From the IMG/VR virus record IMGVR_UViG_3300028197_001183, positions 27,220 to 91,219 of that record: 64,000 nucleotides of DNA. One strand, 5' to 3'. The notes under the pieces were generated by a model, which did not search any database, was not told the DNA's origin, and saw only the letters and a list, made by a program, of their open reading frames with translations. The stretch comes from a virus. Lineage: Duplodnaviria > Caudoviricetes. Shown here piece after piece: positions 18,049-28,814 of the stretch (within the stretch, counting starts at the first letter, position 1; every line of letters starts with the position of its first letter). The position numbers were made by a program, and so were the translations under genes.

Positions 18049-21000
18049 TTAGGTTGCAAGAGCAATGGATCTGAGATCAGCTATGAGTGGTACTCGTGCT
18101 TGATTTTTAGATCTCATTACAATCTTCACTTGGAAGGCGTTAAAGTTAAGTCCCCTTGCTTCATATGTATAATCCTTCCAAAGGTATTCTTCTGTAGGAG
18201 TTGTATCATATGCTTCACCTAAGTTTTGATTGGAAGTGGGGAGACCCATTTGTGTCCAACCAATAGTCTGAGGATCAGTTGCATCACCAACCTTGAATGC
18301 CTTGTAGTAAATACGAAGCTCGGTAGCAGGGTGACGGGTAACTTGGAAGTCAATCTTCAGTGAGCGTGCTTCTTTACCCAAACGTGCGAGACGTGTGACA
18401 TAGACAGCATCATTTTGATCACCAATTGCAAGAGTAGAAACATCCTGGTCTCTATCAATTTGTGATTGCTGACCGTAAGTTGATTGTCCACCTGGCCACA
18501 TATTCACGCGGTTAGATGTTGTAATCAGTGACACACGGTCAAGGTCAATACAAGGTGAGAGGGATGATTTCTCAGTCTCAAGCATGATTGACATAGTAAG
18601 AGACTTGTTACCATCCAGTTTGTTTTGCTCATTAATCTTAGATGCTACCATCTGAGGAGCAGTAAACTGGTTTTGCTCATTCAATACAATGTCAACATAA
18701 GTGCCATTATTGATGAAAGAGTTTTGGTCAACTACATTAGATCCATCACCAACGGATGTAGCAGTAGTGGTATTCAATCTTGCTGATATTTGTGTGTCTG
18801 CCATAACCATCGTAGACACCGTAGGTGTAATGGTTTCAAACTGGACATTCTGCGAAGAATAAACGTTAGTGCCACCACCACGAATACCGTTAGTCGCAAC
18901 ACTATCAATGTGCAACATGTAGGTATCTAACCATGGGCAAGAGATAGTAGTATGGACCTTATTGATTTGGGTTAGAGGAATGCCATCAAGGTTGTAGCAT
19001 TCAACAACTGCACCAGAGGCGTGCTCAACATCAGCAGTGCCATTGTTACCTCTACCAGAGGTTGCCACTGTGATAACTTGACCGTTAGAAGAGATCGAAG
19101 AGTATTGAATAATCTCATCTTCAATCTTCAAATAACCTTGGTTAAGGTTGCCAATTGGAGATCCACCAATAATGATATGGAATTGAGATCCGTCATTGAC
19201 CTGAATTGAAGTTGATCCAGCAGTCAGAGTAGTTGTCAACGTAGTAGGAGGCACTTCGGAGATAATACCCTCAACCTCAACGTTGTTGCTACGTTGGTGC
19301 ATACCATGGTTTCTGTGATAAACCAATACTTCCTTGTCATCATTAGGATAAGAAGGAGCAGCAGTTGGGAATGCATTGTAGGAATCGCCGCTGTAGGTGA
19401 CGCTAGTGATCGTTGCAGATGTGCCACCTGGCTCAGATAGAGTATCCGAAAGATCGTATGCTCTAGTGATGTAGTTAAGTGTCAATGTCTGGGTCCCAGT
19501 ATCATATGCTGTGACAACACCAGTTGAAGCAGATGTGGATCCACTTACAACATCACCAACTTCAAACGTGCCGTTAAAGATTGCAGACAGGACAATCGTG
19601 GCGACAGATTGGGAAGAGGCGATGCCTTGGAATGTATTGTTGTTAGCATCGAGGAAACCAGCAGACCAGATACCGTCAATATCTGAGATAGTAATGGTTT
19701 CAGGATCAGTAGTTGCGTCAAATTCAGTAATCGTGCCTTCTGCATTAGAAGGTGTTTGGACGATTCTTGCACCAACTGTAAATGTGTAGTTGGTACCCAC
19801 AGGAAGCGTGAGAGTCTGCTTAGGTTTCAGAGTCTGAATTGGATTTTCAATCAGTCTGTGAATACCATTGTTACCCTTACCAAGCTCAGCGTTGTTAAAG
19901 ATCGCAGTGCCCAGATTCTGAGTAAACTCAGCACGATACATTGTAAACTTAAGATCTTCATACTGGTCAGCAGTCCAGGTAGAAGCGTTTTGGGACTTGA
20001 AGAGCACACCAGCATATGGTTGCTCGGAAATTGTCCTTGTGCCTGTCACATCAACGTCACCCATTCTGGAGATCCAAACGTTATATTCGTTGGAGTCAGA
20101 CAGAAGCACGAAGCAATATTCAATGTTTGATTTAATATAAACAGGAGATCTGAATGTAAATCTTGTAGGAATACTTGCGTTTTCCGACAACTCCACAGTG
20201 TCAGGATCGATAGTAGTATCAGAGAAAGGAATAATATCCTTGGTAGGATAACCATTCTCCATTGTCCTGATCTGAATTGAGATAGGAATGTTAGCGTCCT
20301 TAGTCCTGAAGAAGATGTCAACACCTGTCAAGAATACGCCGCCTTCCGAATCGCAAATAAAGGATTGTGCAAGAGGGTCATACCAACCAATCTGACGTTG
20401 CTCAGTTCTGGTAGTAATAACAGTCCTTTCATCGTTAACTGTATCGCGGACGATCTCAGCATTACGCATAGCAAGGATGTTTTCTCTAACAGTCTGTAAG
20501 GTGCCAGTTGCAGAGTATGCTGCATCTGCAGAAGAGTCTACATTTCCAGGAGTCCTATCATTAGTATCCGAAGTTGTGACTCTAACCGTCCTTGTGCCAG
20601 TTGCCCAGCGTGGGTTAGAATCATTCTTAGGAGAAGGAATGAAGAAAGTACCTTGTAGGTTACCAACGTTATCAGCAAGAAGACGACGGTCTCTTACAAC
20701 AGCACGAGCGCCAGAGGTCAGTCCAAGAAGGACTTCACCCACGTTGACGTTACCGTAGAAGTTGGGGTTGACTGTCTCTGCCATTGCAGTGATATCAATA
20801 TTCAAGAAGTTGGTTTGTGATGCATAAGACTCAGCAAGTCCAGTTGCACCAACACCATAGGGGTCAGTCTTATATCCATCATTAGCAGGAGCAACTAATA
20901 TTCTTGCACCAGAAGTCTGACCCACCACAGTTTCACCAACCACGAAAGGAGTTTCGTTGGAGTTGGGATCTGAAGTAGAAGACTTAGTAAGCTCAATAAC

Positions 21001-24000
21001 CTTGGGTGTTACATAACCACTGACATTAACGCCATCGAAGAAGTAATACATTCTTGTGCGAGGTTTCAGACGGTCGATGTTGAAACCAATGTTTCTAGAC
21101 CTAATCCAAGGGATTGCTGTTTGCGACAGCATAGTGTCACCTAAAGACTTACGATCAATCTTGGGAGTAACACGAGTCCTAACACCTTGACGTGCTTGGT
21201 TGTTAACAACACGATAGGTGCGTCTCTCATGCACAAACAGAGGTTGACGACCTTGACCATGACCCAATCTACCAAGTCTACGACCACCAGAGGCGAAACT
21301 ACCAGATCTGTTGGAGAATCTAGAAGTAGATTGGACCGACTCACCAGTCCAGTTAGTTTGCCAACCACCCCATTGGATAGGAGCAAAACCATTCTGGTCA
21401 ATCTGAAGGTCTCTAGCAACAGCAGAGAAGTCACCTTCAACGTTTTCAACACGAGCAGGAAGACGCTCGATATCAATCCAGTCGTCAGATGCAGGTGTCA
21501 GGTCAATACGACCAATGAATGTAAACACGTTGAATGGGTTAACATTCTCAGTCCTAGATGCATATGGTTGGGTAATGATTGCCAAATCTTCGTAAGGCAG
21601 CATCACCATGTTTCCAGTAGTCTTAACGACGTTGCTGGATGCACCCATGTTAATTTGCAGGGGCACATTAGTAGTATAGTGTGAAGGACGGAGGTGACCC
21701 TCCTTAAAGTCCATAGAGCACTTATAGTCAATACTGAGCACGTCACCAACAGTGTGGTCGGTAAAGTCATCTACAACATAACCATTCTTCAGGCGGTCGA
21801 AACCGTTATCATCATATGTTTTAGTATTATCTGCTTGTACTTCCAACAGAGACAATGAAGTGTAATACTCAACATGAGAGAGTCTGGTCTCCAGATCTCC
21901 AATGTCCTTCATTGTATAGCGTTTAATGATCTCAGGATAGATCAAAACATCACGCTCAACGTCATACACATATGGACGCATCTCAATCGTTGCGAGAAGC
22001 ATCGCATTATCAATTTTATCAGGATGAGGAAGATTCTCAGATGACACACCCTTGACAATCTTCAGTTTGTTATCATGTGTCAAATACAACTTGTCTGCTC
22101 TAGGAAGATAGAAGCAGTAGTCACATCTAAATTCTGTGTTGACCTTTGGTATATCAAAGATGGTAGATCCACCAACACCACCAGAGGTATCAAATTGCCT
22201 AGATCCAAAATCAAGTGACGCACAATTCACAAAGAACGGTGACGTGATGGTGCCAGATCCAGATGCTAATTCACCGATACCAGGACGGAAGTCAATCTGG
22301 TCACGGATATAGTTAATTGATCCATCCAGTTTATACTTAGGAATCTCCTTATACATGATGCCAGTGTAAGACTGGGCTGAGAAGTAGTCACCTGAAGACT
22401 CATGCAAGAAGTAATCAAAGACCACGAGTACCTTACGGATTGGAGGAGAGAATCCAGGAAGACGAGTCAGTTTGCAAACATCATAGAAGTGTGCTTTCTG
22501 ACCACTCTCCAACTCAAACTGAGTTGTGATAACCTTAGATCCTTTAGAAACAGATCCTTCAGAGTCATCAACAATTGCCTGTAAAGGATTGCTATCATCA
22601 TCAACACCATCGATGGTTTCACCAGGGATGAATGGAATTTCGTTAAGAGCAACAAAGTACAGTCTCAGGGTGCTGTTGACAAACTGCACGACTCGACCAC
22701 GAGCACCAGAGGTTTTACCAACAACAACTGTGCCGTTATCAAAGAAAGTAGATTCTGACAACACCATGTAAGGTGATTCAGCATCATTATCATTCTCAGA
22801 TTCATACACAGCATGAATTTTATAGACATCATTCAATGCAAATGAAATCTCTTCATCTTCAATACGGGTGCCATACAGGTTACCATATGCCAGACCATAC
22901 TTGGTTTGGTCATTGTTAACTCGTGTGCGGGTCACCTTCATTGCACGCATCTTAGCGGCAGTCTTAATTTTTCTAGTGACAATATTCTTAGAGATAAGAG
23001 CAGTCAACTTAACGGTGTTGACATTAGTCAAACCAGAGATGGTAATAGACTGTGCATCAGCACCAAAGGTAACAGTCAGAGATCCAAGGTCATTGAGGTT
23101 ATCAATGTCAAGGTTATCACCAACGTTATATGAAGATCCAGACTCAGCAACAATCGTCAATACATAGTTTTCATCATCAAGTGATGCAAACTGCTCAGAT
23201 TCAGGCAGAGATACAGTAACACCACCAGACACAACGGTCTTATTAGCGAATGTCCTATAGACAAAGAATGATTCGTCAGAGATTGACTTCATCGATGTGC
23301 GAGGTGTGTCAATAGACAACTCGCCATTCTGGTAGTCTTTTTGGAAGATGAAAGGACGCATCCTTACCATCTCAGAATACTCACCGTCAGCGTTACCACT
23401 ACCCTTCTTAAGGGAGGCATCCATAACAGCAGTTTGGGCGAGGTAATCAAAGATTGCTGCTCCACCTGTAGCGATGTTACCAGTGTTGGTAGCAATCAGT
23501 GTAGGATCAACTCTCTTAATTCTTAAAGTATTGGCACCATTTAGACCAGATGCAGTTGTAGTAACAACATCACCAGGACGAAGATCTTGTGCAAACTTGG
23601 TCCTAAAACCTGTAGCAAGAGCACCAGTACCACTAACGGTAACAGTAGAAGACTCAATAGATGATGCATCATTTAGCAACCAGTTTGCTGCAAATGTTAC
23701 AACGTTGCTACCATTTCTACCAAGAGAGCGGCGGACATCAGACAGGTTATAAGTATGTGCTGCTTCTAGCGTGCCGATCACACGACCATCTCTTTCAACA
23801 ACTTCGTTGTTAAGGAAACGACCAGAGACCTGCTCTAGTTTGCAGTGGGTGCCACTACCATTGTCAGCAACAAAACCACGAGCACCAGAGGTGCGACCTC
23901 TTAATACATCACCAATAGCAACAGAGTTGTTACCAGAAGCAAAGTTGACGGCAGTAAACATCTGTGGGTCAAAGAACCACATGTCATACTGGTTTGTCTG

Positions 24001-25356
24001 ATCAACTTGAATCTGTACAATACGAGCACGACCGATTTGAGTGCCGACAACTGAGTTGGATACACCAACATTCCAGTCATCATATAATTCAATAACTTGG
24101 TATGCATCAGATACACCTTCACCAGTTAGGTCAGCCCAACCATACTGATCATAGACCTTAACAAAGTTGCCAAGTCTAAAATGGATAATTCCATTTTCTA
24201 CACAAGAGAAATCTCTAGGTTTGGGAGAGTCAATATACTGAGGTGTAAGGAATTCAGTCCTGTATCCTTTAACGTACGCTCTACCAGGAGAGATCTCATA
24301 ACTTAAGAGATCATCTGTAGGAGTATTGTTTTGCTGAGTCGTTTGAGCAGGAGTGTAGACCCCGTTGTTAAACCCATCATCAAGACATTCTCTTGCCTTG
24401 ATACTGAAAGTGTCGATAACATAGTCACCAGACTCTTCATATGTCCGACGTGCAAGAGACTTCTCAAGCTCTGAGTATGCAGTATGATCAACAAACTGCT
24501 CAACTTTACTGTTGTTGATTCGTAGTAATTCAACGAAGTTTTTGTCAGTTGAATCATTGATTGCTTTCTTAACAAGCGTAGTCTTAATCTTAAATCTATG
24601 ACCGCCAGGTGCTGAGTAGTTTGAAGTGCCTGCAGCATTGTCATTCAGTGACGGATCGTCTTCTGGGGTAACAATAGATTCACTAACTTCTAAACCAACC
24701 CTATAAGAAGGGTTATTGCTATATTGCTCAAGGATCAGGTTTGCAGATTCAACATCAACAAAGTGACCTCTAATAAAGTACACACCATTGTTAATGTATG
24801 CAGCAGATGCAACCGCAGTAGAGTCAACGGGTAGCAACTGTCCAAATGGTGATCCAATTTCAATCAGTGTTGTGCCGAAAGTAATTTCGTTTTGGGCAAG
24901 CAACTGTTCGTTTGGTTGGAATCCTTTAATGGTGGTGTCAGAAACTGTATCACCAGACTCAATATACTTAACGTATAAAGTAACGTAACCACGCTCAGAT
25001 TCTGAACCAGCAATTGAATACAAGACCTTTGCTTTCACGCCAGTCGTGATGCCCTCAATAATCTGACCGTGTAGCTGAGTCCTGTAGGTTTCGACATCTA
25101 CACCTAGGAATGATTGTTGCAGAATGATTGCCTGAACATTCAGGTCATAACCGACCTGACCAGGAATAACCATCGCACCTTCTTTGAAGAAGTGTTGACC
25201 GATGGATTCAATCTGATTCTGGAGAATCGATTGTAGAGTCGTTAATTCACGAGCTTGGATAGGATACCCAGGTCGAAACAACACTCGGTAGAAATTCTTA
25301 TCCTTATCGAAGTCGTCGAAATAAGGAGCAATATTTAGATTGGTATTCTGGGGCAT
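18049..25356 (-). CDS. Large virion structural protein, DUF4815/VrlC-like
   Basis: MPQNTNLNIAPYFDDFD...FRPGYPIQARELTTLQSILQNQI, WYDPLAQSF, LFKSQNASTWT motifs; 2435 aa. Confidence 0.9.
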   Translation of the reverse strand: MPQNTNLNIAPYFDDFDKDKNFYRVLFRPGYPIQARELTTLQSILQNQIESIGQHFFKEGAMVIPGQVGYDLNVQAIILQQSFLGVDVETYRTQLHGQIIEGITTGVKAKVLYSIAGSESERGYVTLYVKYIESGDTVSDTTIKGFQPNEQLLAQNEITFGTTLIEIGSPFGQLLPVDSTAVASAAYINNGVYFIRGHFVDVESANLILEQYSNNPSYRVGLEVSESIVTPEDDPSLNDNAAGTSNYSAPGGHRFKIKTTLVKKAINDSTDKNFVELLRINNSKVEQFVDHTAYSELEKSLARRTYEESGDYVIDTFSIKARECLDDGFNNGVYTPAQTTQQNNTPTDDLLSYEISPGRAYVKGYRTEFLTPQYIDSPKPRDFSCVENGIIHFRLGNFVKVYDQYGWADLTGEGVSDAYQVIELYDDWNVGVSNSVVGTQIGRARIVQIQVDQTNQYDMWFFDPQMFTAVNFASGNNSVAIGDVLRGRTSGARGFVADNGSGTHCKLEQVSGRFLNNEVVERDGRVIGTLEAAHTYNLSDVRRSLGRNGSNVVTFAANWLLNDASSIESSTVTVSGTGALATGFRTKFAQDLRPGDVVTTTASGLNGANTLRIKRVDPTLIATNTGNIATGGAAIFDYLAQTAVMDASLKKGSGNADGEYSEMVRMRPFIFQKDYQNGELSIDTPRTSMKSISDESFFVYRTFANKTVVSGGVTVSLPESEQFASLDDENYVLTIVAESGSSYNVGDNLDIDNLNDLGSLTVTFGADAQSITISGLTNVNTVKLTALISKNIVTRKIKTAAKMRAMKVTRTRVNNDQTKYGLAYGNLYGTRIEDEEISFALNDVYKIHAVYESENDNDAESPYMVLSESTFFDNGTVVVGKTSGARGRVVQFVNSTLRLYFVALNEIPFIPGETIDGVDDDSNPLQAIVDDSEGSVSKGSKVITTQFELESGQKAHFYDVCKLTRLPGFSPPIRKVLVVFDYFLHESSGDYFSAQSYTGIMYKEIPKYKLDGSINYIRDQIDFRPGIGELASGSGTITSPFFVNCASLDFGSRQFDTSGGVGGSTIFDIPKVNTEFRCDYCFYLPRADKLYLTHDNKLKIVKGVSSENLPHPDKIDNAMLLATIEMRPYVYDVERDVLIYPEIIKRYTMKDIGDLETRLSHVEYYTSLSLLEVQADNTKTYDDNGFDRLKNGYVVDDFTDHTVGDVLSIDYKCSMDFKEGHLRPSHYTTNVPLQINMGASSNVVKTTGNMVMLPYEDLAIITQPYASRTENVNPFNVFTFIGRIDLTPASDDWIDIERLPARVENVEGDFSAVARDLQIDQNGFAPIQWGGWQTNWTGESVQSTSRFSNRSGSFASGGRRLGRLGHGQGRQPLFVHERRTYRVVNNQARQGVRTRVTPKIDRKSLGDTMLSQTAIPWIRSRNIGFNIDRLKPRTRMYYFFDGVNVSGYVTPKVIELTKSSTSDPNSNETPFVVGETVVGQTSGARILVAPANDGYKTDPYGVGATGLAESYASQTNFLNIDITAMAETVNPNFYGNVNVGEVLLGLTSGARAVVRDRRLLADNVGNLQGTFFIPSPKNDSNPRWATGTRTVRVTTSDTNDRTPGNVDSSADAAYSATGTLQTVRENILAMRNAEIVRDTVNDERTVITTRTEQRQIGWYDPLAQSFICDSEGGVFLTGVDIFFRTKDANIPISIQIRTMENGYPTKDIIPFSDTTIDPDTVELSENASIPTRFTFRSPVYIKSNIEYCFVLLSDSNEYNVWISRMGDVDVTGTRTISEQPYAGVLFKSQNASTWTADQYEDLKFTMYRAEFTQNLGTAIFNNAELGKGNNGIHRLIENPIQTLKPKQTLTLPVGTNYTFTVGARIVQTPSNAEGTITEFDATTDPETITISDIDGIWSAGFLDANNNTFQGIASSQSVATIVLSAIFNGTFEVGDVVSGSTSASTGVVTAYDTGTQTLTLNYITRAYDLSDTLSEPGGTSATITSVTYSGDSYNAFPTAAPSYPNDDKEVLVYHRNHGMHQRSNNVEVEGIISEVPPTTLTTTLTAGSTSIQVNDGSQFHIIIGGSPIGNLNQGYLKIEDEIIQYSSISSNGQVITVATSGRGNNGTADVEHASGAVVECYNLDGIPLTQINKVHTTISCPWLDTYMLHIDSVATNGIRGGGTNVYSSQNVQFETITPTVSTMVMADTQISARLNTTTATSVGDGSNVVDQNSFINNGTYVDIVLNEQNQFTAPQMVASKINEQNKLDGNKSLTMSIMLETEKSSLSPCIDLDRVSLITTSNRVNMWPGGQSTYGQQSQIDRDQDVSTLAIGDQNDAVYVTRLARLGKEARSLKIDFQVTRHPATELRIYYKAFKVGDATDPQTIGWTQMGLPTSNQNLGEAYDTTPTEEYLWKDYTYEARGLNFNAFQVKIVMRSKNQARVPLIADLRSIALAT

Positions 25357-25359
25357 CGT

Positions 25360-26895
25360 TTAGAACTCTACTACGATCTTAATGTCTTCGATTTGGTCAC
25401 CAGCACGAGTGATAGCGCCTCTATTATCTATGTAAATAACCCGACCCGAATTTGGCTCAACCTCAGGTTTTGCATAACCGTTGGTAAAAGACATACCCAA
25501 GTCATACTCAGTGTTGTTAATAACACGAGTAGATGCACCTGATACAATTGGGAAGTTGATATCAGGGTCTGCAGATGCACCAGATGTTGCACCCACAACA
25601 GGGTTACCACCCTCAAACTCAATTAGACTACCAGTGAATTCAGGGAAGACACCATCAATTCTATTCTGGTAATACTTAAGCACTTTGGTTGTGCTATTCC
25701 ATGAGATCACACGCCCACGGGCAGTCACTTGCTGACCACCAATTGTGCGAGACTGTGTCATAATTTCGTCAGTAGCAAAGTTACCCGTAAAGGTAGGAGC
25801 AAAGATAACTGACTTTGTGGCGGACAGAGTAAGATCTGCTGCCAATTCTGTTGTGCCGAATTTGTTGGGGTTGATCACCAGACCAATACGACGGTAGTCG
25901 TTATCAGTTGGGAAGTCACCACTACCCTCAGCGTAGGTAAATTTGGTGTTGATCATGACTCGGTATCCACCCATTTCTGTCCCTGGCTCAGCACCATGAC
26001 CGACAGTTGGGGGAATGATCACTTCAACGGTGCCACCTGATCCTGCACCTGCACCGATACCGTTGACTTCATCGATGATGACTTTACCGAAGGTGTATCC
26101 TGATCCACCCGATGTGACAGTAGCATTAACAATACGCCCCCCATCGACAACCAGAGAAACACGACCGCCAACACCATCTCCTTTGATAGGCACATTCTCG
26201 TAGGTACCATTGTTATATCCTGCACCAGAAGAAGAAATAATAACTGTATCAATCTCACCACCGATTGCATCAGACACCACAGCGGTGTCACTCAGCACAG
26301 GCATGTATTCGTTAGAGAAGAATTTCAGTACAAGACCCACAGGGATCGTATACATATACTTCCAACGATAACCGTCAGCAGTGGTAATAATAGAAGTTGA
26401 AGTACCCGTAGGCTCAACAGTAGAAGGCTTACCGTTAGGATCACTAGGGGATGTCCCGTTATAGATGCACTTATAGACTTGATACGATGAGTTAACAACG
26501 TAAAAGTCTGCATCATAAAGTTTGGTAGCACCAGAAGATGCGGTTTTAGTTGCACTGTAGTCATGACGATACATATCGTAAACATAACCCAAGCCACCAG
26601 TGGTCTGCTCAGGAGGAATCCAGTCAGTCCTACGAATAACTTGAATAGTATCATTCGCCAGCACCCGCTTCATTGATATCATGTCAGCGAAGTCATCGCT
26701 AAACTCTTGGAAAGAGTCCACAGGATCGGGCGCTGCATTCTCGTTATCCCAAGGTTGGGGACGACCGATGAAAACATACAGACGATCACGACTACTTCCA
26801 GCATCACTATCAGTCTGAGCAGGATCGGGACCTTGCAAAGACTTGATGAGCCGACTGGCAGTAAAAATTCTAAATTGGTCGGTTAATAGCGCCAT
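25360..26895 (-). CDS. g8: Baseplate wedge subunit gp8
   Basis: LYVFIGRPQPW, YDMYRHDY, FYVVNSSYQVYKCIYN, DGYRWKYMYTI, C-terminal RAGDQIEDIKIVVEF. Confidence 0.95.
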   Translation of the reverse strand: MALLTDQFRIFTASRLIKSLQGPDPAQTDSDAGSSRDRLYVFIGRPQPWDNENAAPDPVDSFQEFSDDFADMISMKRVLANDTIQVIRRTDWIPPEQTTGGLGYVYDMYRHDYSATKTASSGATKLYDADFYVVNSSYQVYKCIYNGTSPSDPNGKPSTVEPTGTSTSIITTADGYRWKYMYTIPVGLVLKFFSNEYMPVLSDTAVVSDAIGGEIDTVIISSSGAGYNNGTYENVPIKGDGVGGRVSLVVDGGRIVNATVTSGGSGYTFGKVIIDEVNGIGAGAGSGGTVEVIIPPTVGHGAEPGTEMGGYRVMINTKFTYAEGSGDFPTDNDYRRIGLVINPNKFGTTELAADLTLSATKSVIFAPTFTGNFATDEIMTQSRTIGGQQVTARGRVISWNSTTKVLKYYQNRIDGVFPEFTGSLIEFEGGNPVVGATSGASADPDINFPIVSGASTRVINNTEYDLGMSFTNGYAKPEVEPNSGRVIYIDNRGAITRAGDQIEDIKIVVEF

Positions 26896-26919
26896 TGGTT
26901 ACCAATTATCCTATAGATT

Positions 26920-26926
26920 TATTTAT
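26920..26926 (-). promoter_or_regulatory. T4-type late promoter (ATAAATA)
   Basis: CATAAATAAA about 25 nt upstream of g8. Confidence 0.75.
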
Positions 26927-26930
26927 GGGG

Positions 26931-28814
26931 TTAATACTCACCCTCATTTCTGAGGAATTTGTTATACTCGACTGCGATGATTTTTGCTTGAGCACCAGAG
27001 GTGTTTCCTTGCAATGTCTCACCAGCAGCAAATTTGTAAGTTGGATCATTACTTTGGATTGATTTAACATCCAAATAATATTGACCTGACCTAGGTGCAA
27101 GTCTTCTTGCTGTTGTAGTTGCTGTGATGCCAGATGTCTGTCCAGCTACGACCTCTTCACCACCTGCAGTGGGGACATTAAACAGAGAAGCCGTAATGTA
27201 TTCAATTGTAATAATTGCAGTAGAGATATGTGAATCACCATCTCCTAATGCACCTGCAGATTGGACAGTAGCAACCAGTTGGTTAGGACTACCATCATAA
27301 ATTTGATCACCAATTTGGAAGAGTGTGGTATTTGTGCCACCCAATTCTTCCTCAATACCATATTTAGACGAGGCAACGCCTCCATCTAAATTAACTTGGG
27401 ATTCATAATCCGTTCCTGTGTTAAGAAGATCGGGAATACCATCTCCAAACTGTTGGATACCATCAGCATCAACATACTCTTCGTCATTATCTTCAAATTT
27501 TCTATTTTGGATAATTGTAAAAGGTGTGGTAAATGCAACAATATCATTACCTTCCAATTCAACCAGAGTATGTGGTGCAACACCAGTTGAAGATGATCCA
27601 GAAGTGCCTGCAAAGAATGCGATAATTTTAGACTTCTCACCTGATCTGCCAGCATCAATAAATGCCAACTCATCAACTTGGAATGTTAGATATAATGCTC
27701 GCTCGGTCTCATCCCAGTCATAGACAATAGCGACTCTATTAGTTGCGTTTTCAACAACACGTCTAACTTTATCAGTAACTTGGAAATTATAAAGAGTGTC
27801 TCCCGTTGCGGCATCATTTTGGAGAGTATCAAGAATGATCTTTTGGTCAAATCTAAAGTTTGTGCCCCTGTCACATCCATCAAATGTTGTAGCAGTTTTA
27901 CCTGTATATCTAACAATTTCTCTACCAAGAAGGAATTTACCAGATCCAGGATAAGGTGCAGTTGATTCAACATGAATGGTTTCGGTGCCAGTTGTCACGT
28001 CGGTCAGAATACCTGACAAATTATAAACAACAGAGTTTAGAGACTGTCTGTTTCTCGCAGTCTTGATTAGGTTTGTATCTCTAGTAAAGATGACCTGAGG
28101 GGAATTTACATAACCAGCACCACCTGCTATGAGGTCGATAGAAGTAATAGCACCAAGATCAATAAATGCCGCAGCACTAGCACCAGATCCACCACCACCA
28201 ATAATTTGAATTAGGGGAGGATCTTCAAAGAATTCACCAGAGTTAGTGAGGGTAATTGCCGTAACTTTACCAAATGGGTTTACACCAGCAACACCAGTTG
28301 CACCTTGACCACCACCACCTGAGATGATAATGTTGACATCTTCTTCGGTATAGTTTCTACCAAACTCTTCAATAGCAAGACCTGTGACTAGACCTGTGAT
28401 AGGCACCAACTCAGATCCAGATCCACCACCACCTTTAACTTCTGCGTCAGTGGCATAGTATTCATCACCAAACTGAGTCATCTGAATGAAGTCAATACCG
28501 CCGTCATCCTTCAGGAAGATCTTACCTTGAGCAGGGACAGATGCATCTTCATCTACAATTTCCAGACGCATGGGATCATACCCTTCACCTGGATCCAACA
28601 CTTCTACAGCAGTGATCTCACCACGAATACCATCGATGACTGGTCTAAGTACAGCATCTCTAATGGGTGTGCCGCAATTTTCAATACGAAGTCTAGGGGG
28701 GTCAGCGGGATCATACCCACTACCTCCTGCAGTAACATAAACTTCTCTTACCCCGAATATACTATTAAATACGGGGAAAATTGAAGCACCAGATCCAGGG
28801 ACTGTTCTTGTCAT
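26931..28814 (-). CDS. Baseplate-associated virion structural protein
   Basis: 627 aa with GxGY...P...GGGGxGA repeats shared with g8 and the gp7-like protein; sits between g9-like and g8. Confidence 0.8.
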   Translation of the reverse strand: MTRTVPGSGASIFPVFNSIFGVREVYVTAGGSGYDPADPPRLRIENCGTPIRDAVLRPVIDGIRGEITAVEVLDPGEGYDPMRLEIVDEDASVPAQGKIFLKDDGGIDFIQMTQFGDEYYATDAEVKGGGGSGSELVPITGLVTGLAIEEFGRNYTEEDVNIIISGGGGQGATGVAGVNPFGKVTAITLTNSGEFFEDPPLIQIIGGGGSGASAAAFIDLGAITSIDLIAGGAGYVNSPQVIFTRDTNLIKTARNRQSLNSVVYNLSGILTDVTTGTETIHVESTAPYPGSGKFLLGREIVRYTGKTATTFDGCDRGTNFRFDQKIILDTLQNDAATGDTLYNFQVTDKVRRVVENATNRVAIVYDWDETERALYLTFQVDELAFIDAGRSGEKSKIIAFFAGTSGSSSTGVAPHTLVELEGNDIVAFTTPFTIIQNRKFEDNDEEYVDADGIQQFGDGIPDLLNTGTDYESQVNLDGGVASSKYGIEEELGGTNTTLFQIGDQIYDGSPNQLVATVQSAGALGDGDSHISTAIITIEYITASLFNVPTAGGEEVVAGQTSGITATTTARRLAPRSGQYYLDVKSIQSNDPTYKFAAGETLQGNTSGAQAKIIAVEYNKFLRNEGEY